Under the pieces are notes generated by a model. It had not been told where the DNA came from. It worked only from the letters and a program-made list of their open reading frames with translations, and did not search any database. 64,000 nucleotides of DNA, from contig OZ024740.1 in assembly GCA_964016885.1 (NCBI GenBank), forward strand, positions 269,638,001 to 269,702,000. The letters are read 5' to 3'. Shown here piece by piece: positions 1 to 12,049 of this stretch (within the stretch, counting starts at the first letter, position 1; the number at the start of each line of letters is the position of its first letter). Position numbers and translations under genes: made by a program. The stretch is from Eledone cirrhosa. Lineage: Eukaryota.

Positions 1-331
1 TTACGAACAACTTTTGTCATAAGTTTACCTTACATTTCTATTTATATTGAGTTAGCCTGTAGGGCAGCAGGATTGTCAGAGCTCACATATATAGACCCTC
101 TGAATATACACCAACCTGACTAGACCAAGGTATGGCTGAACTTGGATTTGTGGAGGAAAAAATATATGGAAGGTTCAAAATCTGTAGAATATTCTAATGA
201 TTCGATAAATGAATACTTATACAATAGACACCGACAATTACCTTTTCTTTATAACCATGCCACCGGGAATGTAGCCAGTCAAAAATATACTCCAAATTAA
301 GCAAAAGAGAAACATATATACATACATACAT

Positions 332-637
332 AATGGCTGGGCCCTAGTTATCGAGTATGGCCATTGCACAATATACCATTATTAATAATTATTAATTAAT
401 TCTATCGTGCAATGCCTGTGCGTGAAGATATTTTTTAAAGTGAGGAAAGACTGTGCACTGAGCCAATCCCACTCTTTGAGCAACAGTAGCTATAACCCGA
501 AAAGAAGAAAAGATCAACATTATCGGTAACTACTGAGCCGTAGGTTTTATATCGGAGTTATCCCAGTTTCCTGAGTTGCCTTCTCCTAGAAGAATGCTCT
601 GACTAAGGCTAAGGGTCATTCACTCCCAGTGGTTTAA
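332..637 (-). mobile_element. Non-autonomous RTE-derived element (5' UTR-like part joined to 3' terminal hairpin), flanked by (CATA)n
   Basis: Reverse complement aligns with 34930-35115 (ccttagcct...ctaggagaagg...gagtggga.tggct...tgcac...cttcacg.cacaggcattgc) and ends in a hairpin related to that at 35923-35957. Confidence 0.65.
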
Positions 638-730
638 CATACATACATACATACATACATACATACATACATACATACATACATACATACATACATACAT
701 ACATACATACATACATACATACATACATAC
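638..730. repeat. (CATA)n microsatellite
   Basis: Direct reading. Confidence 0.98.
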
Positions 731-1306
731 AATACAATGCAGGCACAACAGACCAGATAATATGATATGGGATAGGGAGAAGAAAGTATGCACAGTAGTG
801 GAAATTAGCTGCCCAACAGATGCCAATATAATATCAAAGATTAGCGAAAAAGAGAATATTTATGCAGAACTGATGAGAAATCTGCAGATACTCCACCTTG
901 ATTACACCTTCAGATTTATGCCTGTGATTATTGGGGCAGTGGGGGTATGTTAGTAACTGCCTCAATACAAATCTTGAGAAGCTGGGCTTCACAGAAACAG
1001 AAAGAACACAACTAGTTAGGAAATTACATCTACAATCCATTAATGGAACAGTAAAAATATGTAAAACATTCCAAACATTTTGCATCTAATAACTGCATAT
1101 ACACATGTACAGATACAAAACATAACATATGCACACATACAACTCAAAACATACACATACACACATACAATAACATCCACATGCATGCATACATATCTAC
1201 CTAGTTGATGTTGTGTAAATTCCAATAAGAGAGTCTTGTGTCTATGTTAGAAACCGACTCTCTCTTTATTGTGAAAAGAATTTGTGAAATTATTAAACCA
1301 GAAGAA
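731..1306 (+). mobile_element. R4/Dong-type non-LTR retrotransposon 3' end (restriction-like endonuclease C-terminus plus 3' UTR), 5'-truncated
   Basis: Translation HNRPDNMIWDREKKVCTVVEISCPTDANIISKISEKENIYAEL...PVIIGAVG, then after a frameshift LEKLG...GTVKICKTF; PD-(D/E)xK RLE pattern; (CATA)n on both sides. Confidence 0.85.
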
Positions 1307-1360
1307 CATACATAATACATGCATACATCCAGGCATACATACATGCATACATACATACAT

Positions 1361-1611
1361 GGTGGCTGCCAACTCGTTTTCGAGTACGACCACTACTTTA
1401 TATCCTTGTAGGGGAACCCCTACCGATACGCTGAACGAGTGTGACGTTTTAGTCCAGCCAGCGACTTGAAAACTCTGGTACAAACACTACACCTGTGACA
1501 ATTATTGACACATAGTGCTGGGCCCATGGTACCATGTGACGACAAGTGCAGACAGATCTCCAGATACAAAGCAATGCCTGTGCCGTGAAGCTTTTATAGT
1601 GAGCAAAGGCA
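1361..1611 (-). mobile_element. 5'-truncated copy of the non-autonomous RTE derivative seen at 34826-35957
   Basis: Near-identical to the reverse complement of 35707-35957; encodes CHRCSVCTRVFKSLAGLKRHTRSAYR*; (CATA)n on both sides. Confidence 0.85.
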
Positions 1612-1724
1612 CATACATACATACATACATACATACATACATACATACATACATACATACATACATACATGCATATTACCGCATTAAAATCATAATAAGA
1701 TATTGTCTGTCGGGTGCATAAACT

Positions 1725-1802
1725 GTTTCCATCTGATCCGGCTTGTGAGAGAGCCCGCTGGAAGCAGTGGTTCAGTATTCAGTCGCCACGACACTCTGAG
1801 GT

Positions 1803-1834
<32 letters not shown>

Positions 1835-1918
1835 AAGAAGAAGAAGAAGAAAACGACGAGGACGACGATGAAGAAGAAGAAGAAGAAGAAGAAGAAGAAG
1901 AAGAAGAAGAAGAAGAAG
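1725..1918 (+). mobile_element. Very short 5'-truncated LINE 3' end with (AAG)n tail
   Basis: About 80 nt of unique sequence then (AAG)n; 9-bp target-site duplication GCATAAACT at 1716-1724 and 1919-1927. Confidence 0.7.
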
Positions 1919-2665
1919 GCATAAACTCAGCTGGAACGTAAATATTATTTTAAGCGTTTAACTAAGATACATTACAAAGTGACATTTTAGTTATGTTACA
2001 TCGTAGAGCACTGTCAATTCTACAAATTATCTTCTACATATAACTTTCTTACATTAAATATTATTTTCGCACAACTTAAACCTGATGTAATGAAATTTAT
2101 TTGTCGTTCTTGTAAGTGTATGCGTGTTTGTGTATGTGTGTGTGCGCGCGCGCGCCCCTCTGTGTATGTGTGTATGTATGTTGTGGGTATATGTGTGTGC
2201 ATGAATATGTGTGTATGTGTATGTGTGTGTGTGTATATGCATGTTTATGTGTGCGCATGCATATCTGTGTACGTGTATGTGTGAGTGTGTATGTGGATTC
2301 GTCCCTGATGTAAGTAGAGTATATAATTATAGAGATATTTGGAAACTAAATAGATATAGCTACATGGGGAGTTTATGATAAATAATATACAAAATATCTA
2401 TTTCATTAAGTGAAATATTTATTCCTCCCTTTTTACCATTACATCAATATAGATATTAATACAAAAAATAGTTCCCTATCCTTCTCCATATTCCTCTCAC
2501 TCTCTCCACTTCTTACTATTCCACCCTTGCATTTTCTCTTCCACCCTCTTCTGAAATATATATCAATTAGGCGGCTGGATCACATGAATTCTACGATGTA
2601 AACATTTTATATCATATTACTTTACACACACACACACACATATATCGACTGTCGATATATTATTA

Positions 2666-4118
2666 ATGTGGTGCCTTCTTTTTTTCCTTTTCACCTGTTG
2701 GAAGGGTTCTCCCTCGTCGTCACTGGGTGACGTTGACACGGAGTCCTCTTCCGTGTTGTTGGGGAGCGGTATATTTTGGGGTTTTGTTGTGGTTTCTTTT
2801 GTATTTGTTTTAGGTGGGGAGGGGTTGGGTGGGACAGTGTCTTGTGTTGTTATTTTTCCGTGCTGTTGTGGTTATTGTTGTTGTGGTGGTGGTGGTAGTT
2901 GTGTTGTTGTTTTCGGGGTTGGCAGAAGAGCAGCTTTTTTTGACTCGTTAATTGAGGACAGGCAGCCCTCAGGTGACCCCTGCTTAAGCAGTGGTAACAT
3001 GACGGCCGCCTACTCTCCACTGAAATATTTATATAGGTTAGCCTGTCCAGAGGCACGCGTTGTGGGATATTAGCTATTCGTTCTGGGCTCATTTCTACTT
3101 TAGTCCCACTAAATACACCTCCGGAGGGACTTTCCTACTGAGATTATCCTGTCGTTATCAAAATCAATCAATCCACATAGTATCCACCAAATATTTACAT
3201 TTGGTGTGATACTCATAATTTTTATTTGTTGTGTCCTTTTTCCCCTGTATGTGGGGAAAAAGGTGAAACGGGGTTACACAATGGGTGATACAGCGTATTT
3301 TTGTGCCGTTGGCTGGTCATTCATTAGCACCGAAATGCTACCAAACAGTTTTCCTCTTTGTATGAAGGTTATGTCCTTCATTGCATCTTTTAGAACCAGC
3401 TCAATTTCATTTTGTGATAATTGAGCTGGTTTTCTAGTTTCGTTAGATATTGTCTTGAAAACTGTGGTTTTCAGGACAGCCGCTCTACCTGTGGCGAATT
3501 GATGCTAAAAGCACCGTTTTGTCCAAAAGACACGTATTGTTTTGTGTCTTGTAGTAGTTGTTTTGCATTAGTTATGTCAATTGGCGTGTATAGTTCTGTT
3601 TTTTTTTACAGTTTGTGCGAACGTTATTTTGGTGTTGTTGTCTTTCTTGTTGCTGTTGTTGTTGTCACTGTTATTGATGTTGTTCATATTTTCCTTGGTG
3701 TTGTTATTGTTGCAGTTGTTTGTTGTGGTGTTATTGTCATTGTTCTTGTTGTTGGTGCTGGTATTATTTACCGGGTTTGGTTCCGTGGTTGCAATATATA
3801 CACACGATAAGGCGAGGGGGGAAGGCTGCAAGCTTTGTACTCCTACCTTCCTTCCACCACTTTTCTTAGTGGGCGTGGCACTCACTACAGTGTGCGAGGT
3901 TGAAATGGCATCCATTATTGACTACCAAGTCTACACAGAATTTTTAGATGAAAATTTCGCCCCCAAAAGGGGCGAAAATTAGTTAACTCAACGTCTGAAG
4001 GCCCAACAAGGGGCTAAACTAAACAATACTAACAAATTGAACAATGAACTCACAGTTTTCTTTAACAATAATCCGTAAAAAATCCGGAGCGAAGTAATGC
4101 ACGTCTATCAACCACGAA
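2666..4118 (-). mobile_element. L1/Tx1-type element, 5' UTR plus frameshifted ORF1 with CCHC zinc knuckle; no ORF2 seen
   Basis: ATG at 3915; Asn/Thr-rich N-terminus; CYHCLSRGHLRAAC (CX2CX4HX4C) at 2958-2999; basic C-terminus PFQQVKRKKRR; ORF1 similar to that at 63082-63250; abuts (GATA)n. Confidence 0.75.
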
Positions 4119-5082
4119 GATAGATAGATAGATAGATCGATAGATATTTATTTATTTATTATTTAGAAACACTTGAGAATGAAATGTCTCGTCACATGCA
4201 ATCAGTCAATCAGTCAGTAAAGTATTCTTCCTTTCGTTTGTTAAGACGTAAATCTCCGTCTATATGAATTATTTAATCATTCATTTTGTTGTTTCCGATC
4301 AACGTCAAATAAAATACATATCCGGATTAGAATACCTTCTTCTAATACAAACCAGTGAGCTACGTAATCGATTCATTTACTCAACAAATCATAGAAAATC
4401 CTTGTCAACAAATTCTCCATTTGTTATGAAATAGAAGTATATGTTTTAGCTCATGAACGATAGTGATAATTGCGGATTGTCAGTCAATCGGTGTAGAAAC
4501 TAAAATAGATAGATTAATAGTAAAGAGAACGCGAAGCGAATGGAAGAAAGGGATATATAAAGGAAGAAGTAGAGATGGCGACATGCAATCGATAAAGTCA
4601 TTAAATAGAACAAAGATATATAAAGACGATATAAGAGAGCTCGTAGAGATTACAAAATTATAAATTCCTATAAAAATTATAGTGAGCTAGATTTGGTTGT
4701 CGAAAATTTTTAGACAGAATAATAAGTCGGATAGTGTTATAAGAAAAAAGGCAAAAAGTAATCAAGAGAAGGAAGGAGAAGGAAAACATTAAAGAAGAGG
4801 AGAATAAATGAAGAAAGTATAGAAGGATTAAATGACGATTGGTGTAAATATCAAAATAGATTGAAGATCGAAAAATATTCCATTTTCTTGAAATATTTTC
4901 AGAGAAGTATAAGCTGGTGAATTGAGCAGCAATCTAAAAATAGTCAAAATAAATTGATCGGTTCATTGATTTATTCATTTATTCCTCAAGTTCGTTATTA
5001 GTTTTCTTCTTTACTTATTAATGCCTTTCGTTATTTTTTTTCACTAGTCTTAATTTTGTATATTTCTTTTACACCGAACAAT

Positions 5083-5150
<68 letters not shown>

Positions 5151-5219
5151 ATGTATATATATAGATAAAATAAATATATATATATAGAGAGAGAGATAAA
5201 AAAAAAATTAAAAAAAATA

Positions 5220-5276
<57 letters not shown>

Positions 5277-5299
5277 ATGTATATATATAGATAAAATAA

Positions 5300-5693
5300 A
5301 TCAAAGAACGCCTACATACTTATACGATTTTTATTCGCTAACAATGTTTCATCCATACCGTGGGGCAGGAATCCTCAGAGCGTAATCAATAAAAAAATAT
5401 AGTGCTGAATATAAGCTCTACCAAGCTTAGTCACCAGAACAGTAGAGAAACAGTCCAGGATAGCATGAGCGAGATTGGATATGAGACGGTTGGAGAGAAT
5501 ACGTACTGGGTTTATTAGTCAACATTATAACAAACCATGATAATACAATAACACAGACAGATTTTCCCACAAGAGACTGGGGCATGTGAAGGCATACAAA
5601 AGCAATCTTAAGCACATAAAGATAATTAAAAAATACTGTCACAAATATGACACTGTGAAGATGTGTTTATGTACATATGATCCGTTGACTACG

Positions 5694-5695
<2 letters not shown>
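5300..5695 (-). mobile_element. Penelope-like element 3' end/pLTR fragment between (TA)n tracts
   Basis: Contains a minimal type I HHR followed by AATAAA; TA-rich flanks. Confidence 0.6.
5336..5382 (-). ncRNA. Type I hammerhead ribozyme (minimal)
   Basis: Minus strand: cgct CTGAGGA t tcc tgcc ccac ggta t gga t GAAA c att g TT agcg; stem I cgct/agcg, GUU cleavage triplet. Confidence 0.75.
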
Positions 5696-5753
<58 letters not shown>

Positions 5754-5789
5754 TTTAGTATGTCAAGAGCGAAAAAAATTCGTTTTACA

Positions 5790-5833
<44 letters not shown>

Positions 5834-5849
5834 TGTGCGTGTGCATACA

Positions 5850-6095
5850 CAACCGGTGCAGCCACGCTACGAATAGAATAACCCGTATCAGAGAGTTCCA
5901 GAGTATGTCAGAAACCAAGACCAATGGAAACCCAGCTTCCGTCTCTGCCCCGAAGACAATGATTGCTTCCTCAAGATCCGACACCTCAGCGAAGAGACAG
6001 GCAACGCCATACGCAAAGCCATCAGGGCAGGGGTCTTAATATCAGACTGGCTCACTCGGGACCTTCAATGTGAACATGCTTATCCACAAGATGAC
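5850..6095 (+). pseudogene. Penelope-like element RT thumb/linker fragment
   Basis: FLKIRHLSEETGNAIRKAIRA then (frameshift) GLNIRLAHSGPS resembles the PLE LxIPYVSE...IRxxxxxxGL region. Confidence 0.55.
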
Positions 6096-6103
6096 ATGTA
6101 TTG

Positions 6104-6266
6104 TTTAATATAGAATTGGCTTCTACAGAACTAGAACAGTTTCATTCGAAGTAAATCATCAGGACAGCGTTGCTGATGATTTCCTTCGAATGAAACAGTT
6201 CTAGTCCTTTAGAAGTCATTTCTATATTAAAAATGATATACTCTACTATGTATTGAGTACCTTACA
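6104..6266. mobile_element. Fold-back PLE end with hammerhead motif on both strands
   Basis: About 59-bp inverted arms 6104-6162/6173-6231; each reads CTGATGA t ttc cttc gaa t GAAA cag ttctagtc ctg TA gaag with point changes. Confidence 0.75.
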
Positions 6267-6318
6267 GACATGCACACACCCGAAAGACGCACACACCCGA
6301 AAGACACACACACACACA

Positions 6319-6382
<64 letters not shown>

Positions 6383-6566
6383 GTTTTTCCCCTGTGGAGG
6401 TGAGCCGATGATCGACATTTGCATATGAAGCTTTATAAGTTGGCTCAACTTAAAAGTAGAATTAATATTTTGCTTTGGCATACCTGTATACATGCATGTA
6501 TGTGGATTTCATATATCTAAAGATATACAGTATGTTTATAATAATACAAACACACACACAGACACA

Positions 6567-6626
<60 letters not shown>

Positions 6627-6638
6627 ATGCGTGCGTGC

Positions 6639-6671
<33 letters not shown>

Positions 6672-6714
6672 TGTGTGTGTGTGTGTGTGTTTTCAATCGA
6701 GGGTAACCACACTA

Positions 6715-6856
6715 TGTAAGGTACTCAATACATAGCAGAGTATAAATGTTTAATATAGAAATGGCTTCTTCTGGACTAAAACTATTTCATTCGAAGGAAA
6801 TCATCAGGAAATTTCCTTCGAATAAAACAATTCTATTCCTGTAGAAGGCATATCTA
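6715..6856 (-). mobile_element. Second fold-back copy of the same HHR-bearing PLE end family
   Basis: 6715-6808 is the reverse complement of 6173-6266; followed by its own inverted arm to about 6856. Confidence 0.75.
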
Positions 6857-7061
6857 TATCTATCTATCTATCTATCTATCTATATTTATATATATATATA
6901 TATATATATTAGGTATAGGATTATCCAAGATGTAGTGATGGTTAATTACTACACTGGATATGGTTGACATACGGTAAGAGGTTATTCTACGAGTTATGGA
7001 AGAATTGTTCAAGAAACTTAGTTCCTGATCCTTCAGTATTCCGGAGTGTATATAAAGAATG

Positions 7062-7247
7062 AATAATTGTTTTTACTTTTGGCACAAAGCCAGCAATTAC
7101 CCAGTGCATTACTGGTACTTTATTTTATCGACCCCGTAAGGATGAAAGGCAAAGTCAACCTCGGCGGGATTTGAACTCAGATCGTAAAGGGACGTAACTA
7201 TGCTGGAAAGCATGGCGTCCGACCCTCTACCGATACTGCCAACCCAC
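7062..7247 (-). mobile_element. tRNA-derived SINE (dominant octopus-type family), inserted in the PLE arm
   Basis: A box TGGCAGTATCGG, B box GAGTTCAAATCC; TSD gaatgaataat at 7057-7067 and 7248-7258. Confidence 0.92.
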
Positions 7248-7295
7248 GAATGAATAATAACAGGTAGACATCATAAAAAGGTAGTTTATTCCGTG

Positions 7296-7407
7296 TGCTT
7301 ACAAGTGTTTCCACGGTGGTGCTGCAGCCTAGTTCCGCTACGTGCAAATTCACAAGTATTTGCAGAACTCGAATATCCAATGCTGTGACCACTGTTTCCT
7401 CAGAGCA
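7296..7407 (-). ncRNA. Type I hammerhead ribozyme with long stem II (inverted copy)
   Basis: Reverse complement of 8191-8302. Confidence 0.75.
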
Positions 7408-8190
7408 GAATGGTAAATATACAATGTAAAAACCCTTAAGTGGGGTTGTTGGGGAAGATAGAGTGGAACAGGAAGAGAGAAAAAAACTCCGTGAACACAA
7501 CCAACAGTTCACCTTAAAATGGGATATACTTTCCAGCGCAAATGCATATCGGAGTGGTTTGAAGTACTGCAGGTTATGTAACCTTGAGCTATTTTACATA
7601 CTAAAATCCCAAAACAAACTACTTAACGATAGAATTGAACGATCATTATACTGCAACCACAAACTAAAAGCTAAATTCTCTCACTATAAAATAACTTAAC
7701 ACTCGAACCCGTAACTACAACACCACTTTCTAGCTAACAACCTTCTCTTCCCCCCACACTACAAGACAATACACTGCTTATCACTATACATGGTAACTCA
7801 GTACAATTCCTAGATTACTACTACAAAACCAAAAGTTCACTCACCACACATATTTATCTGTCCCCTCTCTACCTATATATCTCTCTCTACATCCATTACA
7901 CTCTCTCTCTCTCACCTTTGACCTACCTCCCTCTCAACATTTATGAACCTGCCCTCTGGGGCAATAAATAATTCCGACCTCAACTATCTACGCATCTCTC
8001 CAAAAGTAACTAATAAAACCCCTACCATAACATTTTGATTAAGATATCTACAAGCCACTCTCTCCTACTTCTCCAACCCCTGCATATCTTTCCTTCTCTC
8101 TCCTTCTTCCCTACTTTTCTCTCTCCCTGTTCCACTCTATCTTCCCCATCAACCCCACTTAAGGGTTTTTACATTGTATATTTACCATTC

Positions 8191-8302
8191 TGCTCTGAGG
8201 AAACAGTGGTCACAGCATTGGATATTCGAGTTCTGCAAATACTTGTGAATTTGCACGTAGCGGAACTAGGCTGCAGCACCACCGTGGAAACACTTGTAAG
8301 CA
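8191..8302 (+). ncRNA. Type I hammerhead ribozyme with long stem II
   Basis: tgct CTGAGGA [85-nt nested hairpin] GAAA c actt g TA agca; stem I tgct/agca, GUA triplet. Confidence 0.75.
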
Positions 8303-8349
8303 CACGGAATAAACTACCTTTTTATTATGTCTACCTGTTATTATTCATT

Positions 8350-8391
<42 letters not shown>

Positions 8392-8650
8392 AAGAGATGA
8401 CGGACCCAACATATTTATCAATGCCAGGACGGGTTGTATCTCAGTGTACTCAATAGGTAATGAAGGATAAATTCCCAGAGTATACACATAGTTATTCGCT
8501 TCAAAACAACACACGTAAAACGGGTGCCTATAATAGTCCCCGGACTCGAGTTTCTGCCACACTTAATGCAGCAGTAGGGTGCACTGCACCCTCTGTCTCC
8601 ATATATTATGCAACAATGCATATAGATTATGCAACCGACACCACATGCAG

Positions 8651-8772
8651 ATTTGGACACACCAACATATAATTATATTTATGTGTACATATGTCTATCT
8701 ATCTATATCTATATATATATATAGATAGACATATGTACATATAAATATAATTATATGTTGGTATGTCCAAAT
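8651..8772. repeat. Inverted repeat (about 52-bp arms) around a short TA tract
   Basis: atttggacacaccaacatataattatattt... and ...aaatataattatatgttggtatgtccaaat. Confidence 0.9.
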
Positions 8773-9024
8773 ACGTTGTAAGAATATATAGATATGATAC
8801 GTGTTGGTCTATGAAGGGCTCTGTGCTGCAAGTGTTAGTGATTGTGGGGGGACGTACATTAATTTGAGAGAAGGTTGGTCAAGGAAAATTAATCCACGCC
8901 TTTACTCCCAATATATCTTTTCTACACCCCATCGCCCTCTTTGAACTACATGTTATCTCACCAAACCACATCATTCTTTATTGAAGAATGGTGTATATTT
9001 ATTTGCATACACAAACCGGTCGAT

Positions 9025-9174
9025 GTTGTGTGTGTGTCTGTGTGTTTGTGTATGTGTGTGTATGTGCGTGTGTATGTGTGCGTGTGTGTGCGTCTGTGTG
9101 TCTGTGCGTGCTATCTGTGTATGTGTCTATGTGTGTTTGTGTGTGTATGTGTGTGTGAGTGTGTGTGTGTGTTT

Positions 9175-9205
<31 letters not shown>

Positions 9206-9285
9206 CGTATGTGTGTGTGTATGTGTGTGCCAGTGTTTGTGTATCTGTGTGTGTGTGTGTGTGTGTCTGTCTGTGTGTGTGTGTG
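9025..9285. repeat. Imperfect (TG)n tract
   Basis: Direct reading. Confidence 0.95.
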
Positions 9286-9629
9286 TAAACTTTGAACGAA
9301 GCGATACGTGAAAAATAGATATATGTCTATATTTCTAAAGTATGCATGTATACGGATACGTTGACAAGCATTCAAAACAACGTGTGTCCCTTTACAAGAG
9401 TCTGCTTTCATAGCTTCATACATACGAACGTTTATTATATTAACAGACACAGAATTATTGATTGTAAAATTGATGCTGCATAATGTTGGCTTCTTCTTTA
9501 TTGAATTTCATCTGTCATTTCTTTTTCAATTCTAACAAAACAGGTTATTCTAGTGATACATCACGTTTCATTTCTGGGGCTATCATTTTTATAAAAAAAT
9601 TGAGATGCCTCAAATATTTTTGAGTAGAA

Positions 9630-10085
9630 AAAATATACATTATAAAGATTTGACTATAATGATGGTGTAAAGAATGAGACATGAATATTAAGGTTTCAGA
9701 TAAGAAAGCAATGTTTTCTTTAAAGAATATATTTAGTATATATATATATGCCAAACTTTGACAAAATATCTTTCATTCGGCAAACATTTATAGCATTGTC
9801 ATGACCAAATGTTAATGATAGGTGAGTGAATTATACTTGTGATAGCTACAGTAAGTCTACTGGCTAATGTAGTTATTGATTTCGTTTTTTTATTAAATAT
9901 ATTTAGCGTATTTATTGAGAAAGATGAAAAAGCAGTCAACATTTTTTCTGGAAACCAAGTAGACAGTATTCTTAAAGTGTCTCATATTTTTATGGTTGAT
10001 TTAAAATCTGGTAGAAAACAGTGCCTTATTTTAAGCAAAGACATATTCATTATAGAAGGAATATACTCTGCATTAAATGTAACGA
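9630..10085 (+). pseudogene. Possible decayed piggyBac-like transposase C-terminus
   Basis: DYN.GV-like segment near 9650 and H...GRKQCLI...CIKCNEC cysteine-rich pattern at 9983-10088; needs frameshifts. Confidence 0.3.
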
Positions 10086-10277
10086 GTGTTGGATTGGCAA
10101 TATAGGTAGAGCGTCAGACACCATGCTTTGCAGCATAGGGTTATGGCCCTTTACGTTCAGAGTTCAAATCCCGCCGAGGTTAAATTTGCCTTTCATCCTT
10201 ACGGGGTCGATAAAATAAAGAACCAGTAATGCACTGGGGTAATTGCTGGCCTTGTGCCAAAAGTAGAAACAATTATT
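10086..10277 (+). mobile_element. tRNA-derived SINE
   Basis: Same family as 7062-7247; A and B boxes present. Confidence 0.92.
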
Positions 10278-10837
10278 TGTAACGACACGTATACAGATCT
10301 TAAATGTTGTGTTAAAAAATTGATTTTTTTTGTCGTAAAGAATTACCCATATTGTTTTATAATACAGGGCTTTCGAAATTGATACTACTAAGTTATTCTA
10401 GAATTATGTTCAGACATCTTTCGAATATATATTAACATCTCTTACACATATCACCGAGAATGTTATTTATAAAACATCCAATTTTATTGACATCATTCGA
10501 GAATGAAATTCCAATCAGGAAAATTACTACTTTCAGATCTATTACACAAACAGCATAGACCCTAATTAACTAACTGTAAATAATACAAAACGCTATCAAA
10601 GGTATTGCATTTCATATTCTACATAGATAGACAATTAACTAAGTCGAATACATTCAGACTCTATGTCCATATTACCTGGAAAACTGTTGAGAAGCCTACC
10701 CTATTATTATTTTGCAATGTTTGGCATTATTATTCACTTACTATAAATATTGAGAAAATGCGTATGATGACAAGTTTTCGCAAGTTTAAGTTGATTACTA
10801 TATTGCAATATCTTCAGTACCAAGATTCCTAATATCT

Positions 10838-11019
10838 AATAATTGTTTCTACTTTAGGCACAAGGCCAGCAATTACCCAGTGCATTACTGGTACTTTATT
10901 TTATCGACCCTGTAAGGATGAAAGGCAAAGTTAACCTTGGCGGAATTTGAACTCGCTCTGTAAAGGGACGTAACTATGCTAGAAAGCATGGCGTCCAACA
11001 CTCTACCGATACTGCCAAT
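10838..11019 (-). mobile_element. tRNA-derived SINE
   Basis: Same family. Confidence 0.92.
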
Positions 11020-12049
11020 ATTTTGGAATTTGACCAAAACTTCTCCCGAAGTTTCAAGTATATTTATCTTCGAGCCGTCTCATTTGAAATACCAGAGTAA
11101 TGCATAGGTCGTGGATATGTTAACTTCTCAACTTCCAGTAAGTATATGTTTGCAAACATGTATTTCATGTCATATTGCAAGGAGTCCACGAATAATGTAG
11201 AGCAGGTGTCCTTGTTTTAGGAATTACACAAGAAAGGTCATAGCTTGATAACCTGACCGGTCAGAAGCCTGTATCTAATAACACTATGGTTTACCATTTA
11301 TGTTATAGACAAAATACATATGCAAAAGTAATGAGTACATTGGAACATTAACTTAAAGTGTTCTTAACGTATATTCTCACTCCAATGCAAATGAATAAAA
11401 GCTAAATTAGAAGTTGTGACACAAACGATAACGTACAAATACTAGCTAATTAAATTAGCTAGTGAATTCTCTTTCCTCAGAAACGCGTAGGTGGGCTTTT
11501 ATTATGTAGTCCTTTCTTTATATTCATTTATCCTCACAATGTTCATAAAACCAACAATATTCTTACACTCATAACAATATAGTTTACGAGTCAGCTTGAT
11601 GACAATTTTGTTCACTTAGATAATGCTCATGGCGATAGGAACAAGCATTGTTGAACACTCTTTAGATCATGATGTAATCTCCTGTTGATTGAATTTGCAA
11701 ACAGATTTTACTCTCTTTCTAATTTTAGGAAAGAATGTTGAATAAATCATGCTGCTTTCTATTCTGTACACTACTTGAGCTAATCAGAAGAGAGTCTTAA
11801 TTTCCATACTAATTACTTTATTTTTCCGAAGAAAATCGAATTTGTTGACAAGTGATCAACTGTTAAGAAAGTGAAAGCAATTGAAACCAGGAGCGAGACT
11901 GTCGTAAATTTAGAAGGAAATATTTCCTTAAAATAAACATGCCAAAATTTCAATGTCTTAATTAATATATTTGGTTGGCATCAAGGCGAATTAGTTTTAT
12001 TAGCTCAGTTGGTAGCCGGCAAGTTAAAGCTTCATTGATTTTTAAACTT

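Larger units (their letters stand above)
7051..8355 (+). mobile_element. 5'-truncated Penelope-like element (probably Hydra clade) with inverted pLTR copy
   Basis: ORF end 7480-7699: LKWDIL...YRSGLKYCRLCNLELFYIL...LLNDRIE...CNH (GIY-YIG C-terminus with KW, CxLC and CxH motifs); 7248-7472 is the inverted copy of 8127-8350; ends at (TA)n. Confidence 0.85.

Noticed and set aside
1361-1400. Hairpin ggtggctg...cgaccact first considered an HDV-like P1 on the plus strand
   Set aside because: Element orientation is the opposite; this is its 3' terminal stem-loop.
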